Shown here: one piece after another, positions 52,548-54,354 of the stretch
Numbering within the stretch: the first letter of the stretch is position 1
Layout: the number at the start of each line of letters is the position of its first letter
Virus record (IMG/VR): IMGVR_UViG_3300045240_000043
Location: 1 to 54,354 of that record
Reading direction: 5' to 3' (one strand)
Length of the DNA stretch: 54,354 nt
Source of the DNA: a virus
Lineage: Duplodnaviria > Caudoviricetes
The notes under the pieces: generated by a model
Told to the model about the DNA's origin: nothing
Seen by the model: only the letters and a program-made list of their open reading frames with translations
The model's database searches: none
Program-made: the position numbers and the translations under genes

Positions 52548-52630
52548 TCAGCCGCGAGTGTGACACCGGGGACCATTACGGCTGCGCCGGGTGCACCTGC
52601 ACATGCCACAAGCGGTAAGGGGGTGCGGCC

Positions 52631-53500
52631 GTGAACGGCGACGACGAATCACAGACCGCAGCGGCGAACGCCGCGTCCCGCCAGTACGACTGGCGCCCTA
52701 GGCCCGACCCGACCGTCCTCACCACCGCCGCGCTCCGCGAGACCGAGGCCGCGCTGCTGGGCCGGTTCCGCGACGGTGACGCGTCGCTCCGGGAACTGCT
52801 CGAGGAACGGCTGCGCGGCATGGACACCGCGACGAAGCTCCTCGCCGAGCGGGTAGACCGTATCCCGGTCGACGCCGACGCGGCCCGCGAGCACCTCCGT
52901 CAGGACATCGCCGCGCAGGTTCTCGCGCTCCGCGAGCTCGTCACCGGCCGCATTGATGGCATCGACCGGGCGACGAAGCTGCTGGCCGAGAACGTGGACA
53001 AGCTCCCGTCCGACATCGACCGTTCCAGCGCCGCGCTCCGCGAGGTCGTCGAGGGCCTGATCACGAACGTCCGTGACGTGACGCTGGAGAAGTTCGACGC
53101 CGTGAACACCCGGTTCCTCGAGCGTGACACCCGCACCGAGCAGGCCGCGCAGGAGTCCCGCATCTCCCTGGACGCGGCGCTGGCAGCCGCCAAGGAAGCC
53201 GTCAGCGAGCAGAACAAGGCCAACGCGCAGGCCATCCAGAAATCGGAGATCGCGACCCAGAAGCAGATCGACGCGAACGCCGCGAACACGGCCACGTCGA
53301 TCAAGGCGATCGCGGAACGGCTCGATGACGTGAAGGCCCGGCTGGACAAGGGCGAGGGCGGCATCGCCGGGTCGGCGGACCAGCGCACGGAGACCCGGCT
53401 GGACCGCGGCAGCATGACCGGCAGCGTCCAGGCCATCATCATGGGCATCGCGATCATGGTCTCGCTGATCTCGGTGATCGCGTTCGTGCTGAAGAAGTGA
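52631..53500 (+). CDS. Coiled-coil protein with a C-terminal TM anchor
   Basis: Internal repeat LREL...D(T/R)ATKLLAE.VD..P.D; hydrophobic C-terminus. Confidence 0.75.
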   Translation: MNGDDESQTAAANAASRQYDWRPRPDPTVLTTAALRETEAALLGRFRDGDASLRELLEERLRGMDTATKLLAERVDRIPVDADAAREHLRQDIAAQVLALRELVTGRIDGIDRATKLLAENVDKLPSDIDRSSAALREVVEGLITNVRDVTLEKFDAVNTRFLERDTRTEQAAQESRISLDAALAAAKEAVSEQNKANAQAIQKSEIATQKQIDANAANTATSIKAIAERLDDVKARLDKGEGGIAGSADQRTETRLDRGSMTGSVQAIIMGIAIMVSLISVIAFVLKK

Positions 53501-53757
53501 CTGTCTACGACTGGCTGTTCCGCTCAGATCTCGCGAACATCCTCCAGGTAATCGGCAGCCTCAGCCTCATCGCCGCCATCGTCGCGTTCTTCCGCAAGCT
53601 CCGCTGCGCCCAGCCGGGCTGCTACCGCGCGGGGCTGCACCGGGTCACCGGGACCACGTACCGGACCTGCGTCCGGCATACCACGCTGGATGTCCACGAC
53701 GCGCTGTACGACCGGCACGCCCGCGAGCGCCCCGCCCAGCACGAACTACTCAACTAG
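53497..53757 (+). CDS. Membrane protein with a Cys/His motif
   Basis: TM segment, then CAQPGCYR...CVRH. Confidence 0.7.
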   Translation: MTVYDWLFRSDLANILQVIGSLSLIAAIVAFFRKLRCAQPGCYRAGLHRVTGTTYRTCVRHTTLDVHDALYDRHARERPAQHELLN

Positions 53758-53766
53758 GGAGAACCC

Positions 53767-53928
53767 ATGTTCGGCGTCGCTGCTGTCATCGCGTTCGTGA
53801 TCGCGATCCTCATGCACCTGTTCGGCTGGGGGTCGGGGAAGGCCGACGTTGAGCTGTTCACGCTGATCGGGCTGGCGTGCCTCGCCGGCCATGTCACGTT
53901 CGGGTGGCTGCCAAAACGCGGCTCGTGA
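53767..53928 (+). CDS. Small two-TM protein
   Basis: MFGVAAVIAFVIAILMHLFG...LFTLIGLACLAGH; GGAG RBS. Confidence 0.65.
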   Translation: MFGVAAVIAFVIAILMHLFGWGSGKADVELFTLIGLACLAGHVTFGWLPKRGS

Positions 53929-54158
53929 TGGCCGTCTGCGAGTGCGCGGCGTGCGGGCACAAGTTCAGCGGGCTGAAAGCCTTCGATCGGCACCAGGACG
54001 TCAACTACCTCCGCTGTCCCGCCGTCGTCTGCCTTGACCCCGCTGCTGCCGGGCTGGTGGCCGTCCGCGGCCGGTGGGGGATTCCCCTGGATGCCGCTTC
54101 CCGCGAGCGGCTCTCAACGCTGCGGGCCAAACAGGCCCCGGCCCATACCCAGACCTAG
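53928..54158 (+). CDS. Small Zn-binding phage protein (FDxH motif)
   Basis: CAACGHKFSGLKAFDRHQ...CLDP. Confidence 0.7.
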   Translation: MAVCECAACGHKFSGLKAFDRHQDVNYLRCPAVVCLDPAAAGLVAVRGRWGIPLDAASRERLSTLRAKQAPAHTQT

Positions 54159-54166
54159 GAGACCCC

Positions 54167-54354
54167 GTGAAGAGAGCCCTGTCGCCATCGCTGAACGCGC
54201 CCGGTTTCATGGCAGCCGCCGGTGCCGTCTACGCCGCCGTGGCCATGCTGTACAACGCGCACTACCACCACGGGATCATCAACCCGTCGATTATCGTGGC
54301 CGCTGTCGGCGCCGTCGCGTCGCTGCTGGCCCGCACCGTGGTCACCCCGACCGC
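54167..54354 (+). CDS. Holin-like protein, 5' part (continues to 215)
   Basis: AGGAG RBS, GTG start, in frame with 12-215. Confidence 0.65.
   Translation, partial: MKRALSPSLNAPGFMAAAGAVYAAVAMLYNAHYHHGIINPSIIVAAVGAVASLLARTVVTPT

Larger units (their letters stand above)
1..54354. mobile_element. Complete temperate actinobacteriophage (siphovirus) genome, circularly assembled
   Basis: Terminase, portal, capsid, tail tube, tape measure, integrase, repressor and endolysin genes are all present; no host housekeeping genes; the two ends overlap by 127 bp. Confidence 0.95.

Noticed and set aside
18657-54000. Many long Arg/Pro/Gly-rich alternative-frame and antisense ORFs (e.g. 18657-20231, 23956-25395, 24767-26275, 48937-50247)
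   Set aside because: Typical high-GC shadow ORFs overlapping well-supported genes, with no recognisable motifs.
54228-54354. Biological direct terminal repeat
   Set aside because: 127 bp matches a common assembler k-mer length, it falls inside a gene, and HNH-terS-terL suggests the real ends lie near 22.9-23.05 kb.

Overview
The window is a complete circular genome of about 54.2 kb from a high-GC temperate siphovirus, most likely infecting an actinomycete. Bases 1-127 equal 54228-54354, which looks like an assembly overlap. The late region (about 22.1-54.3 kb) runs HNH, terS, terL, portal, HK97 protease, capsid, glycosyltransferase/methyltransferase, connectors, tail tube, frameshifted chaperone, tape measure, a large tail protein and a holin. 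The centre holds an integrase/repressor/Cro switch, ERF, a CoiA-like nuclease, a Rep gene with an internal origin, a displaced GH25 endolysin and a DNA methylase. The leftward accessory arm (about 1.5-10 kb) is the unusual part. (1) An array of small genes is separated by eight copies of an imperfect inverted repeat, TACCGCTA-N(6-8)-AAGCGG(C/A)A, each followed by an RBS. One promoter heads the array and a translationally coupled catalytic-domain-only tyrosine recombinase ends it, which suggests an integron-like cassette system in a phage. (2) A TraB(FtsK)/Spd/Kor-type actinomycete conjugation module has clt-like GTGAC repeats. (3) There is an orphan FxSxx-COOH RiPP precursor peptide. (4) There is a tRNA-like RNA with an aberrant anticodon arm. 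A second, minimal tRNA-like element and a covarying leader RNA shared by HNH genes lie elsewhere in the genome. All product calls come from motif recognition by eye; no searches were run.
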